Assembly (NCBI GenBank): GCA_050250935.1
Contig: JBFWNS010000006.1
Coordinates: 1 to 64,000, forward strand
Reading direction: 5' to 3'
Source: Candidatus Margulisiibacteriota bacterium
GTDB lineage: Bacteria; Margulisbacteria; Marinamargulisbacteria; JBFWNS01
DNA length: 64,000 nt
The position numbers and the translations under genes were made by a program. Each line of letters opens with the position of its first letter. Position 1 is the stretch's first letter. Below are positions 30,308 through 39,868 of this stretch, piece after piece. Under the pieces are notes generated by a model. The model did not search any database and was not told where the DNA came from. It saw only the letters and a list, made by a program, of their open reading frames with translations.

Positions 30308-31774
30308 ATGTCAGTAGAGCATGTTTCTGAAGAAGAAGGTCGTTTAAATAAATGTGAAGCGTTGCGTGAAGCGGGAATAAATCCCTTTGCCTATGGCAGC
30401 AGCAGAACCCATGGCATTGGAGCAATTGTCGAAACCTATGCCCATCTGGGCGAAGAGGCTTCGGCATCCGAAACAGTGGTGGTGGCAGGCCGACTCATGG
30501 CCAAGCGGGGTCACGGAAAAGCCACCTTCGGGAATCTTAAAGACGAGTCTGGGGCCATTCAATATTATGGCAACATCGATGCCTTGGGCGAAGGGCCTTA
30601 TGCCCAATTGTTGCAGTTGGATGTTGGGGATATTGTGGAAATCACAGGAATCCCGTTCCGGTCCAAACGTGGGGAACTAACCCTTCGGGTTCAGGCCTTT
30701 GCCTTACTCACCAAAGCCCTGCATCCCTTGCCCGAAAAATACCATGGGCTTCAGGACAAAGAATTGCGCTATCGCCAGCGCTATGTCGATTTAATCGTCA
30801 ATGACGAGGTCAAAGAAACCTTTAAAACACGGTCCTTGATTTTGAAAGGGATTCGCGACTTTTTGGGTTCGGCTGGGTTTATGGAAGTGGAAACCCCTGT
30901 GTTACATGCCATTTATGGGGGAGCTGCGGCCCGTCCGTTTAAAACCTATCACAACGAATTGGAGCAGGATTTGTTCTTGCGCATTGCCTTGGAATTGCAT
31001 TTGAAGCGCCTGATTGTCGGCGGCTTCGAGAAAATTTATGAAATTGGCCGAGTTTTCCGCAACGAAGGGGTGTCGTTTAAGCACAACCCCGAATATTCGC
31101 TACTGGAGCTGTATCAAGCCTATGCCGACTACACCGATATGATGGTGTTGACCGAAACCCTGTTGTCGAATTTGGTCTTTTCGTTGAAAGGCTCCTACGA
31201 TTTGGAATACCAAGGTGTGGCCTTGAATTTTAAACCGCCTTTCCGACGGCTGACCTTGCGGGATGCTTTGTTGGAATATGCAGGCGTGGACATTGCCCAA
31301 GACGAAGCGCATTTGCGCAAAAAAGCGGCGGATATGGGTTTGGATGTGGCGCACAAAGCCTTGAAAGGCCAGTTGATTAACTACATCTACGACAAAGCGG
31401 TCGAGCATCATTTGGTGCAGCCTGTTTTTATTATCGACTATCCTTGGGAAACCTCGCCCTTGGCCAAACGCAAACGCGACGATGCTACCATGGTCGAACG
31501 TTTCGAATTGATTGTGAATGGCATGGAATTGGCCAATGCCTTTACCGAATTAAACGATCCTATCGACCAGTACGACCGGTTTATGGATCAGGTGAAGGCC
31601 AGAGAAGCTGGCGATACGGAAGCCCATCAAATGGACGAAGATTTTGTGGAAGCCCTGAAATATGGCATGCCCCCCACCGGCGGATTGGGGATAGGGGTGG
31701 ATCGGGTGGTGATGTTATTAACCGATTCGGCCTCCATTCGCGATGTTCTGTTTTTCCCCCATTTAAGGAGCTAG
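30308..31774 (+). CDS. lysS: Lysine--tRNA ligase (class II)
   Basis: YRQRYVDL, FRNEG...HNPEY, GMPPTGGLGIGVDR. Confidence 0.98.
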   Translation: MSVEHVSEEEGRLNKCEALREAGINPFAYGSSRTHGIGAIVETYAHLGEEASASETVVVAGRLMAKRGHGKATFGNLKDESGAIQYYGNIDALGEGPYAQLLQLDVGDIVEITGIPFRSKRGELTLRVQAFALLTKALHPLPEKYHGLQDKELRYRQRYVDLIVNDEVKETFKTRSLILKGIRDFLGSAGFMEVETPVLHAIYGGAAARPFKTYHNELEQDLFLRIALELHLKRLIVGGFEKIYEIGRVFRNEGVSFKHNPEYSLLELYQAYADYTDMMVLTETLLSNLVFSLKGSYDLEYQGVALNFKPPFRRLTLRDALLEYAGVDIAQDEAHLRKKAADMGLDVAHKALKGQLINYIYDKAVEHHLVQPVFIIDYPWETSPLAKRKRDDATMVERFELIVNGMELANAFTELNDPIDQYDRFMDQVKAREAGDTEAHQMDEDFVEALKYGMPPTGGLGIGVDRVVMLLTDSASIRDVLFFPHLRS

Positions 31775-31776
31775 TC

Positions 31777-32514
31777 ATGTCTGGACATAGTAAATGGTCG
31801 ACCATTAAACACAAAAAAGCCAAAACCGATGCTCAGCGAGGCAAAATTTTTACCAAGCTGGTCCGAGAAATTGTGATTGCGGCCAAGGTTGGCGGGGCAG
31901 ATCCCGAAGGAAATCCCCGGTTAAAATTGGCCATTCAGAAAGCCCGGCAGGCCAATATGCCTTCGGATAACATCAAACGGGCGGTTCAAAAAGGGGCCGG
32001 AAACGACGACGACAGCAACTTGGAAGAGGTGTTGTTCGAAGGTTATGCCCCCTTTGGTGTGGCCATTTTGGTGGAAACCTTAACCGACAACCGCAATCGA
32101 ACCGTTCCCAATTTGCGCTCTATTTTTACCAAATTTGGCGGGTCTTTGGGGGCGAAAGGGTCTGTGGCCTATTTGTTTAACAAACAGGGGATTGTGTTGT
32201 TCGAGCCTGGGGTTTCGGAAGAATCCGTCATGGATGTGGCTACCGAAGCGGGTGCCGACGACATCGATACCAAGGCCGATGGCTCCATCGAGGTTTTGAC
32301 AGCACCCGAGCAATTGCTGACGGTTAAACAAGCCTTCGACGATCAAAAATTGGTCTATGCCAACGCCGAACTCATGATGATCCCCACCACCTCGGTGGCC
32401 CTAGATCTGGAACAATCCCAAAAAATCGCAGCCTTGATCGAAAAGCTCGAAGACGATGATGATGTCCAAAATGTTTACACAAATGCGGACTTGTCCGAGG
32501 ACTTTTTTTCCTAA
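31777..32514 (+). CDS. yebC: YebC/PmpR family protein
   Basis: MSGHSKWSTIKHKKA, TDNRNRT, LEDDDDVQNVY; ATG 31777 follows AAGGAG. Confidence 0.95.
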   Translation: MSGHSKWSTIKHKKAKTDAQRGKIFTKLVREIVIAAKVGGADPEGNPRLKLAIQKARQANMPSDNIKRAVQKGAGNDDDSNLEEVLFEGYAPFGVAILVETLTDNRNRTVPNLRSIFTKFGGSLGAKGSVAYLFNKQGIVLFEPGVSEESVMDVATEAGADDIDTKADGSIEVLTAPEQLLTVKQAFDDQKLVYANAELMMIPTTSVALDLEQSQKIAALIEKLEDDDDVQNVYTNADLSEDFFS

Positions 32515-32696
32515 GATTGACTTGGAGATTTGTTGGGGCCTGTGCTATATTTTCTACCTGAATTAGGCTCCTGAAACGCCTTTAAAATTGACATGCAAGT
32601 TTTTTAAAAAATAGACCGATAATCCTAACTAGAAAACAGGCTGCCGGAACCCTCCCCCCCAACGAGACTCCGGCGGCTTGCAGGAAACCCCAAGTC

Positions 32697-35600
32697 TTGA
32701 TAATCACACCTAAATCCCCAAAAACTGCTTTCTTGTTTGCCTTGTTTTGCTGTTTATTTGCAGTGTTCAGCACCCCTGTGTTTGCGGATTTAACCATAAC
32801 CCAGACCAGTGTGGGGGCCGCTACAGCGCCGCGGGGCTCGACTTCTGGATTGTTGACCTTTACGGTTACGGCCACCAATGGGGCAGAAACCATTCAGTCC
32901 ATCACCGTTCAAAATAATGCCAAGACAGTCCTTTATGGCCAAGGGGTTACTCGGGTTTCCGTTTTTAAGGATACGGATTCTGATTTTTTCCTGACCTCTG
33001 CAGACGGAAGTGCCAAGGGTTTTCAGTCCTTTAGTGGCGGCCTTGCTAGTTCTCAGCAAGTCATCATTAACATGAACAGCGAAGCCATCCCTAGTGGCAG
33101 TTCGGCAACCTACATTATTGCTTATGATATCGATCCAGCCGCAACATTGGCTGCAACAACAAACGTGTCGTTGATTAGCGTGCTGGGGAGTAATGCGACG
33201 GCAACCTTTGGGACTGTTTCCACAGGCAATACCCAAACCATTTCGGGCATAGCCTCTTTGGCAGCCGTTAGTATTGCCCCAGCAGTGGTATTGCCCGGTC
33301 AAACCGATGTGGGCATGATGAAGGTTACAGTTCGGCCCTCTGGCGAAAATATTTTGAATATCTACGAGTTGAAAGTCCTAAACGACAATGCCAATTTTGC
33401 CCAAAACTCATCTTTGAATGGGGTCACCAAGGCCTATTTGTATTTGGACCGGTTTGGAGAAGGGACTTTCGATCATAATTTTTTACCGGATGGTTCAGAA
33501 GATCCCAATAACGATATTAAAATTCAAACCATTTCGTCTTTTTCCTCTTCGTCCAACATCACCTTTTCGGGCTTGTCCGAGAACACGGTTTTGAACTTTG
33601 CCGACGGGGTTACCCAAAATTTATTTGTCGTTTACGATTTTGGCAGCGATTTTACGGTGACCACCGATACTTCTGTAAAGGCCCAAATGGTTTCGTTTTC
33701 GGGAAAGGGCGACACCTCTCGGGTGACGATGAATTCCACGGTCGGCAGTAAGCCAGATCCTGCGGCTTCGACCTATGTTGGGGGTCTGATTTACAGCGAT
33801 GTTCGCAGTATCGTGCCCTCGGGCAGTTTGTTTGGCCAAGAGTCGTTTATTCCCATTTTGTCCTTCCAGTTAAAAGGCAGTCATACGGCTGTTACGGTTA
33901 ACACCATTTCGATTCAAAACACCGGCACCGTTGGGTTTAACACGACCCAAGGCGGGGTTACCAACATTGTTCAGGCGCAGTTGTATTTGGATTCCAATGG
34001 CAACGATGCCTTTGATGGCGAAAATTCTGTGGACTCTAAAATTGGCGATTTTACCTTGGGTTCTGGTAATACCAGTTCTTTGGTGACCATTCCCATTTCC
34101 TCGAGTTTGCTGATTGCGACCTATAACTCTACTTCGGGTGTAGAATACCCCAACAACAACGCCAAGCGTATTTTTGTAACCTATCGCATTGGAACTCAGG
34201 TGACCGAGACCAAGAGTGCTTCGGGGAACATTACTTCGTATGCCAATGCGCTGCTTTACAATGCGGTGGGGTCTAGCAACATTGTCAGTTCCCTGAATCT
34301 GACCCTTCGGGGGACTTTGCCGGTGACCACAACCAATGCAACCGTTAGCTTGCAGATTGTTAATTTGCGTGGGCTGACCTTCCAAGATATCACCCCCAGT
34401 TTTGCGGTTCGTGGGGCCATTAAGGTTCCAATGTTGTATACACAATTGAAGTCCGAAGAAGATTTTCCTTCGGTTGCCGTTCGCATTAAAAACAATAGCG
34501 CCACCTATTTGACCAATAACACCGGGGTTAACCGGGTTTGGATTTACAAAGATGCTGTGCCTACCGGAAGCTTTGGTTCGGAAGATACCTTTTTGGGTTC
34601 GGCTTCAACCTATTCCAATTCCAGCGAAGTGGTGATTCCAGGCATTACCCTAACAACAGGCTTGAACGATCTATTGGTACTGTACGATGTGGGGCAGTTG
34701 TCGACCATTGCCACAAGTTCCAATGCAACCGTCAGGGCTCAGTTTGAAGATGTCACGGGTCTGAGTGTGGCCACTGTTACCTTTGGTGGGGAAGTGCCCA
34801 ATCCGCTGGAAGCCAAGCTGGGTGTCATTAATTCCTATTTGTCTTTGCCTTCCATTTCCTCGGATTTTGACAATAATTCGGATGGTAAATCGACTTTCAA
34901 TGTCACAATGGTGATTCAAAACAATTCGGCATCCCCAGTGTCCCTGTCCGATTTTTCGCCCCGTTTCTATTTGAGTTCAACTTCCGGTAAAGATATTTCT
35001 TATGAGTTTGATACGATTTTATCTCAGGTGGATGGGCAACCTTTTGTGTCGTTGCCTGTGACAGTGAATGCTTCGTCAAGTTCGACTTTCAATTTTCAAG
35101 TAAAGCATGCCCGTTTGGATTCTGAAGGCACGGTTTTTATGGATGGGTTTGGAACTTATGCCGTTTCTTCTACCTTGAATGCCGTGGTGAGTCGTTACCA
35201 AACCAGCTCGGGCTGGGTGTTGGCGGCAGCTTCTGCGCCTCAAATTAATGTCACAACCAACAAGGTTAAATACAGTTGGACCCTGCCGAACTACATTGCC
35301 TCCATGAAATATGGTAGTTCAGAATTGGGATATAAAACCTTTGTGAATGGAGATGCCATTCCAGCCAACAGCCGGTTGACCCTTATTTTTCAAGATTCGG
35401 GGCAAAACATCGACGAATCGAGCTTGTCTTTTGTGGTCAAAGGGACAACGTTGTCTTTGAATGCCAGCGACAATGCCTCTCGTTATTCTTATGACAGAAC
35501 CACAGGAACTGCTGTGCTTTATAATTTGGGAACCTCCGATGGCACGGTGGTTTTGAACGCCAACGATTTGAGCGGAAACCCCTTGGATACGGCCTATATT

Positions 35601-35909
35601 TCCTATTTGGTGTCCGATGTGGTTCGGATCAAAGATGCCTTGTTTTACCCCAACCCCTATCGCATTGGTGTCGAGCCGTTGGTGCTTGGGTTTAACATTA
35701 CACGCCCAGCAACGGTTCAGGTTTATTTGTACAACTTTCTGGGCTACGAGGTGTGGCGGTCTTCTCAGGATTTTTCTTTGGGCTATAACACCTTTAACTT
35801 TGGAACGGTTAGTGACTTTCTGACTTCGGGGACCTTTATTTGTAAAATCATTGCGACAGACAACCAAGGCAACAAATCCATGGCCGTGGCAAAATTGGCG
35901 ATCTACTAA
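32697..35909 (+). CDS. Large secreted Ser/Thr-rich repeat protein with T9SS-CTD/FlgD-like C-terminal domain
   Basis: Signal peptide ending PVFA; four roughly 180-aa beta-rich modules; tail YPNPY...VQVYLYNFLGYEV...LTSGTFICKI...KLAIY. Confidence 0.75.
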   Translation: MIITPKSPKTAFLFALFCCLFAVFSTPVFADLTITQTSVGAATAPRGSTSGLLTFTVTATNGAETIQSITVQNNAKTVLYGQGVTRVSVFKDTDSDFFLTSADGSAKGFQSFSGGLASSQQVIINMNSEAIPSGSSATYIIAYDIDPAATLAATTNVSLISVLGSNATATFGTVSTGNTQTISGIASLAAVSIAPAVVLPGQTDVGMMKVTVRPSGENILNIYELKVLNDNANFAQNSSLNGVTKAYLYLDRFGEGTFDHNFLPDGSEDPNNDIKIQTISSFSSSSNITFSGLSENTVLNFADGVTQNLFVVYDFGSDFTVTTDTSVKAQMVSFSGKGDTSRVTMNSTVGSKPDPAASTYVGGLIYSDVRSIVPSGSLFGQESFIPILSFQLKGSHTAVTVNTISIQNTGTVGFNTTQGGVTNIVQAQLYLDSNGNDAFDGENSVDSKIGDFTLGSGNTSSLVTIPISSSLLIATYNSTSGVEYPNNNAKRIFVTYRIGTQVTETKSASGNITSYANALLYNAVGSSNIVSSLNLTLRGTLPVTTTNATVSLQIVNLRGLTFQDITPSFAVRGAIKVPMLYTQLKSEEDFPSVAVRIKNNSATYLTNNTGVNRVWIYKDAVPTGSFGSEDTFLGSASTYSNSSEVVIPGITLTTGLNDLLVLYDVGQLSTIATSSNATVRAQFEDVTGLSVATVTFGGEVPNPLEAKLGVINSYLSLPSISSDFDNNSDGKSTFNVTMVIQNNSASPVSLSDFSPRFYLSSTSGKDISYEFDTILSQVDGQPFVSLPVTVNASSSSTFNFQVKHARLDSEGTVFMDGFGTYAVSSTLNAVVSRYQTSSGWVLAAASAPQINVTTNKVKYSWTLPNYIASMKYGSSELGYKTFVNGDAIPANSRLTLIFQDSGQNIDESSLSFVVKGTTLSLNASDNASRYSYDRTTGTAVLYNLGTSDGTVVLNANDLSGNPLDTAYISYLVSDVVRIKDALFYPNPYRIGVEPLVLGFNITRPATVQVYLYNFLGYEVWRSSQDFSLGYNTFNFGTVSDFLTSGTFICKIIATDNQGNKSMAVAKLAIY

Positions 35910-38164
35910 TGAAAAAACTAAGCCTGTCTTTGCTGATGGTTTTGATGGTTCTGATGGTTTTTCAAAGCATCACGGCACAGACCGTTCGGTCCATTGCCAA
36001 CCCCCAACTCAATATGGTGGGGGCCCGGGTGATTTCCCTTGGCGGCACCAACCCTGTGGTGGGTGGCGATATTAACAGTGTCATGATCAATCCCTCGGCC
36101 ATTGCGGGTATCGAGTCCATGCCCTTGGCTGTGTCCAGTCAGCGTGTGATTGGGTTTTTTGACAATAAGCTCATCAACTTTAGTTTGCCTTTCGAGATCG
36201 CACTTCCCATCAACGAAAAAACGGTGTTTCAAAAATTTACAGTAGGCATTTCTTATGGCTCTAATGCTTTGGACGGCATTCCTAAAACCACTTCGGAAGA
36301 CCAACGGGTTCGCCAAATTGGGGATTTTTCTTCTGGGTTTAATGTGTTGCAGGCCAGTGCTGCGACTTCCTTTTATGATGTTTTTGGATTCAAAATCTTG
36401 TCGCCGGGTGCTGCCCTGAAGTGGGTGAATCAATATGTCGATTCAAAATCCAGATCAGCACTGGGTTTGGATGTGGGTTTAATGGGAACCTACCAGGTGA
36501 ATTATCCGTTTATTGATAATGTGCATATCGGAGCATCGGTTTTGAATTTGGTGGCCACGCCCTTGGTCTGGAACGACACCAAAGACGAAGCGTCTTTGCC
36601 CACCCAGTTTTTTGTGGGTGGCCGTGTGGACATGTTCGACGAAACCTTGGCTTTGTTTGCCCACAATGCCGTGGGTGGCTTTTCGGTTGGGGCAGAATAT
36701 TTGCTTCAAAACAGTTTGGTGTTTCGGGGCTCCACCGATTTAAAACGACTTTCTTTGGGGACAGGTCTTAAATTCGAAAATGTCGCGGGCTTTGGCTATA
36801 ACAGCTACAGTGTTCGCTTGGATTATAGCTATACCCAAAACCCAGCGCCTTTTGAAAACGATCCCAATCACGTTGTGTCGTTGTCGGTGTTGGGCGAAAC
36901 CCGACCCCAGACACCGAAGTTGTTAACCCCTGCCACCGACACCATTCTTACTCAAGACAAAACCATCAATTTGGGGGGAATTGGGCCTCGTAACACCACG
37001 ATTCAAATTTACAACAATGGGTCCATGTCCAGATCCTTAAACACCAATCGGGTGGGGAACTGGACCTTTGACAAATTCCCCTTGGCAGAAGGCCAGAACG
37101 TGATTTTTGTTCGGGCTTTTTCTTTGGAATCGGATGCGTCGTTTGATTCTCAAAAAATCACGGTAACGTCGGATACCCTTCCCCCATCTTTAGACATCAA
37201 AATATTGCCCGAAGACAAAGTGATTCGTGTGGTGGTGTCCAGCGACGAGGATTTGAATCAGTTAAATGCCACTATCGAAGACAATCGCCTGCGTTTCTAC
37301 AAAAACCGGGATTATGTTTGGGAAGCCGAAATTCCTTTGCCAGAGTCTATGGTGAACAATTCCCGTTTGAATCCAACCAAAATGCAAAGTTTGCAGGTTT
37401 TTGCTCGGGATAAAGTGGGCAACCAAGGTCCCATTCAACAACTGCCCTTCTTTATGACGGTGGATTTCCCTTCAGATAAATATGTACATTACAAAGAAGA
37501 TCTTCGCTTTATCGGGGAATCTTCCAAAATGGTTAAAAATCTTTCTATCGACGATACCCCTGTGTATGTGGATTCTGAAAATAAATTCCAAGCCACCAAG
37601 CGGCTTCGTCCCGGCAAAAATTTGGTTAAGGTCTTCATGACGGGCCTTAACGACAAGGTCTTTACCTATACCTTAAGAATTTTAAGGTTAAAAACTTTCC
37701 CAGATTTGGATAAACGGGTTAAAGAGCGGCGAGAAATCGAATTTTTGGCCACCTTGGATGTACTCGATGGTGAGCCAGATGGGAATTTTTATCCCGATCG
37801 TCCTGTGACCCGCATGTATATCACCCGATTGATGGTGCGCATGTCTAAAGTACCGTTGCAAAAAGTAACGGCTGATTTGTTCCCTGATGTTCCCAAAGCC
37901 TATCCTGGTGCCCAATACATTCAGGCTGCAATTCAAAATGGTCTGATCTTTGCTTATCCCGATGGAACCTTTAAACCTGATCAGCCCCTAACCTTGTCCG
38001 AGGTTGGGTTCTTGCTCAGCAATGCTGGCATCATTGGCGATGAAGAAGTCACCAAAGAAAACCGGCCTATAACCCGAAAAGAATTGGCCTTGTTTTTAGC
38101 CTATAACCCCAAATTCGAAGCCCGAATTGATACCCTTATCGACTGGGAAAAAGGGTATAAATAG
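35909..38164 (+). CDS. PorV/FadL-like beta-barrel fused to Ig-like and SLH domains
   Basis: GARVISLGG...DINSVMINPSAIA (PorV/FadL-family N-terminal motif), amphipathic strands, Ig motif PLAEGQNVIFVRA, SLH motifs FPDV...AYPDGTFKPDQPLT and RPITRKE. Confidence 0.7.
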   Translation: MKKLSLSLLMVLMVLMVFQSITAQTVRSIANPQLNMVGARVISLGGTNPVVGGDINSVMINPSAIAGIESMPLAVSSQRVIGFFDNKLINFSLPFEIALPINEKTVFQKFTVGISYGSNALDGIPKTTSEDQRVRQIGDFSSGFNVLQASAATSFYDVFGFKILSPGAALKWVNQYVDSKSRSALGLDVGLMGTYQVNYPFIDNVHIGASVLNLVATPLVWNDTKDEASLPTQFFVGGRVDMFDETLALFAHNAVGGFSVGAEYLLQNSLVFRGSTDLKRLSLGTGLKFENVAGFGYNSYSVRLDYSYTQNPAPFENDPNHVVSLSVLGETRPQTPKLLTPATDTILTQDKTINLGGIGPRNTTIQIYNNGSMSRSLNTNRVGNWTFDKFPLAEGQNVIFVRAFSLESDASFDSQKITVTSDTLPPSLDIKILPEDKVIRVVVSSDEDLNQLNATIEDNRLRFYKNRDYVWEAEIPLPESMVNNSRLNPTKMQSLQVFARDKVGNQGPIQQLPFFMTVDFPSDKYVHYKEDLRFIGESSKMVKNLSIDDTPVYVDSENKFQATKRLRPGKNLVKVFMTGLNDKVFTYTLRILRLKTFPDLDKRVKERREIEFLATLDVLDGEPDGNFYPDRPVTRMYITRLMVRMSKVPLQKVTADLFPDVPKAYPGAQYIQAAIQNGLIFAYPDGTFKPDQPLTLSEVGFLLSNAGIIGDEEVTKENRPITRKELALFLAYNPKFEARIDTLIDWEKGYK

Positions 38165-39072
38165 TGTCTGCTGCTATTACCATTTCTGGTCTTAAAAAAG
38201 TTTATTCCAATGGTTTCGAAGCGCTAAAAGGCATTGACCTGGTTGTGGAGCAAGGCGATTTTTTTGCTTTGTTGGGACCCAATGGGGCTGGCAAATCCAC
38301 CACCATCGGTATTTTGTGTGGACTTACCAACAAAACCGAAGGTCAGGTTCAGATTGGGGGCCATTCAATCGATGCCAATCCCATGGCTGCGAAATTGCAG
38401 TTGGGTGTGGTTCCTCAGGAATTTAATTTCAGTATTTTCGAGCCTTGTATTCAAATTGTGGTGAATCAGGCAGGCTATTATGGGGTTCCCAAGGCCGTTG
38501 CCGAAAAGCGGGCCGATGCCCTGTTTGCCCAGCTGGGGTTAACCGAAAAACGCAATGTTGCGGCAGGTAAGCTGTCTGGTGGGCTTAAGCGACGCTTAAT
38601 GATTGCCAGGGCTTTGGTGCATCAACCCAAAATCTTGATTTTGGACGAGCCAACCGCTGGGGTCGATATCTCCCTTCGCCGTTCGATGTGGACCTTCTTA
38701 GAGGCCCTAAACAAAGAGGGCATGACCATTATTTTGACCACACACTATTTGGAAGAAGCCGAAAGTTTGTGTAAAAAAATCGCCATTATCGACCAAGGGA
38801 CCATCATTCAAAACACCACCATTTCGGCTTTGTTAAATCAGCTGAATTCTGAAACCTTTGTCTTGTATCTGTCTGCCCCAGTCTCGGGGTTGTCTTTGCC
38901 GGGTTATGGGGTGGTTCAAACCGATGCCCAAACCTTCGAAGTCGAAGTTAATCGCGACCAAACCCTGACCGATTTAATGAGCCACCTGACGGCCCTGGGC
39001 ATCGTGGTGGATCGCGTCAAAAATAAATCCAATCGATTGGAAGAACTGTTTATAAAGTTGGTGAAAGCATGA
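38164..39072 (+). CDS. ABC-2 type transporter ATP-binding protein (YadG-like)
   Basis: GPNGAGKST, GVVPQEFNF, LSGGLKRR, LDEPTAGVD, TTHYLEEAE. Confidence 0.92.
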   Translation: MSAAITISGLKKVYSNGFEALKGIDLVVEQGDFFALLGPNGAGKSTTIGILCGLTNKTEGQVQIGGHSIDANPMAAKLQLGVVPQEFNFSIFEPCIQIVVNQAGYYGVPKAVAEKRADALFAQLGLTEKRNVAAGKLSGGLKRRLMIARALVHQPKILILDEPTAGVDISLRRSMWTFLEALNKEGMTIILTTHYLEEAESLCKKIAIIDQGTIIQNTTISALLNQLNSETFVLYLSAPVSGLSLPGYGVVQTDAQTFEVEVNRDQTLTDLMSHLTALGIVVDRVKNKSNRLEELFIKLVKA

Positions 39073-39842
39073 TGATTCGCATTCAATGGATTGGCTTTAT
39101 TACCCTGGTTCGAAAAGAATTGATTCGGGTCTTTCGCATTTGGACCCAAACCCTATTACCGTCTGTGATGACAACCACCCTGTATTTTTTGATTTTTGGT
39201 CGGTTTATTGGCTCTCGAATTGGACAGCTTCACGATGTGTCTTACATTCAGTTTATCGTCCCGGGCTTGATTATGATGGCTGTGATTACCAATGCCTATG
39301 CCAATGTGTCCTCGTCGGTGTTTAGCGCGAAGTTTCAGCGCAATATCGAAGAATTGTTGGTGTCGCCCCTGTCTTCGGGGACGATTTTAATGGGCTATTT
39401 GGGCGGCGGTATTTTACGGGGTATTATTGTTGGGGTTTTGGTGACCCTGGTGTCGTTGTTTTTTTCTCCCTTGCATTTTGTGCATCCCATTTTGGTGGGG
39501 GCCACTATTGTTTTAACCTCGTTTTTCTTTTCGATTTGTGGGTTTTTAAATGCCACCATTGCCAGAAAATTCGATGATATCTCGATTATTCCCACCTTTG
39601 TTTTGACGCCGTTGACCTATTTGGGCGGGGTGTTTTATTCCGTGAAATTTTTACCTGAATTTTGGCAGAAAGTGTCCCTGCTGAATCCCATTTTCTATTT
39701 GGTGAATGTGTTTCGATATGGGTTTTTGGGCATTTCTGACGTTCCGGTAACCGCGGCCTTTGGTGGGTTCTTTGCCTTGACTGTGGCCCTCTGGTTTTTG
39801 GCCTATACCTTGCTTAAACGCGGGTTTGGGATGCGAAACTAA
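39069..39842 (+). CDS. ABC-2 type transporter permease (YadH-like)
   Basis: RIWTQTLLP, FIVPGLIMMAVITNAYANV, PLTYLGGVFYS. Confidence 0.92.
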   Translation: MMIRIQWIGFITLVRKELIRVFRIWTQTLLPSVMTTTLYFLIFGRFIGSRIGQLHDVSYIQFIVPGLIMMAVITNAYANVSSSVFSAKFQRNIEELLVSPLSSGTILMGYLGGGILRGIIVGVLVTLVSLFFSPLHFVHPILVGATIVLTSFFFSICGFLNATIARKFDDISIIPTFVLTPLTYLGGVFYSVKFLPEFWQKVSLLNPIFYLVNVFRYGFLGISDVPVTAAFGGFFALTVALWFLAYTLLKRGFGMRN

Positions 39843-39868
39843 GCTTTTTTTAACCATAAGGGATACCA

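Noticed and set aside
31444..31776. N-terminal extension of YebC in the ORF track
   Set aside because: It overlaps lysS; the canonical MSGHSKW start with an RBS is at 31777.
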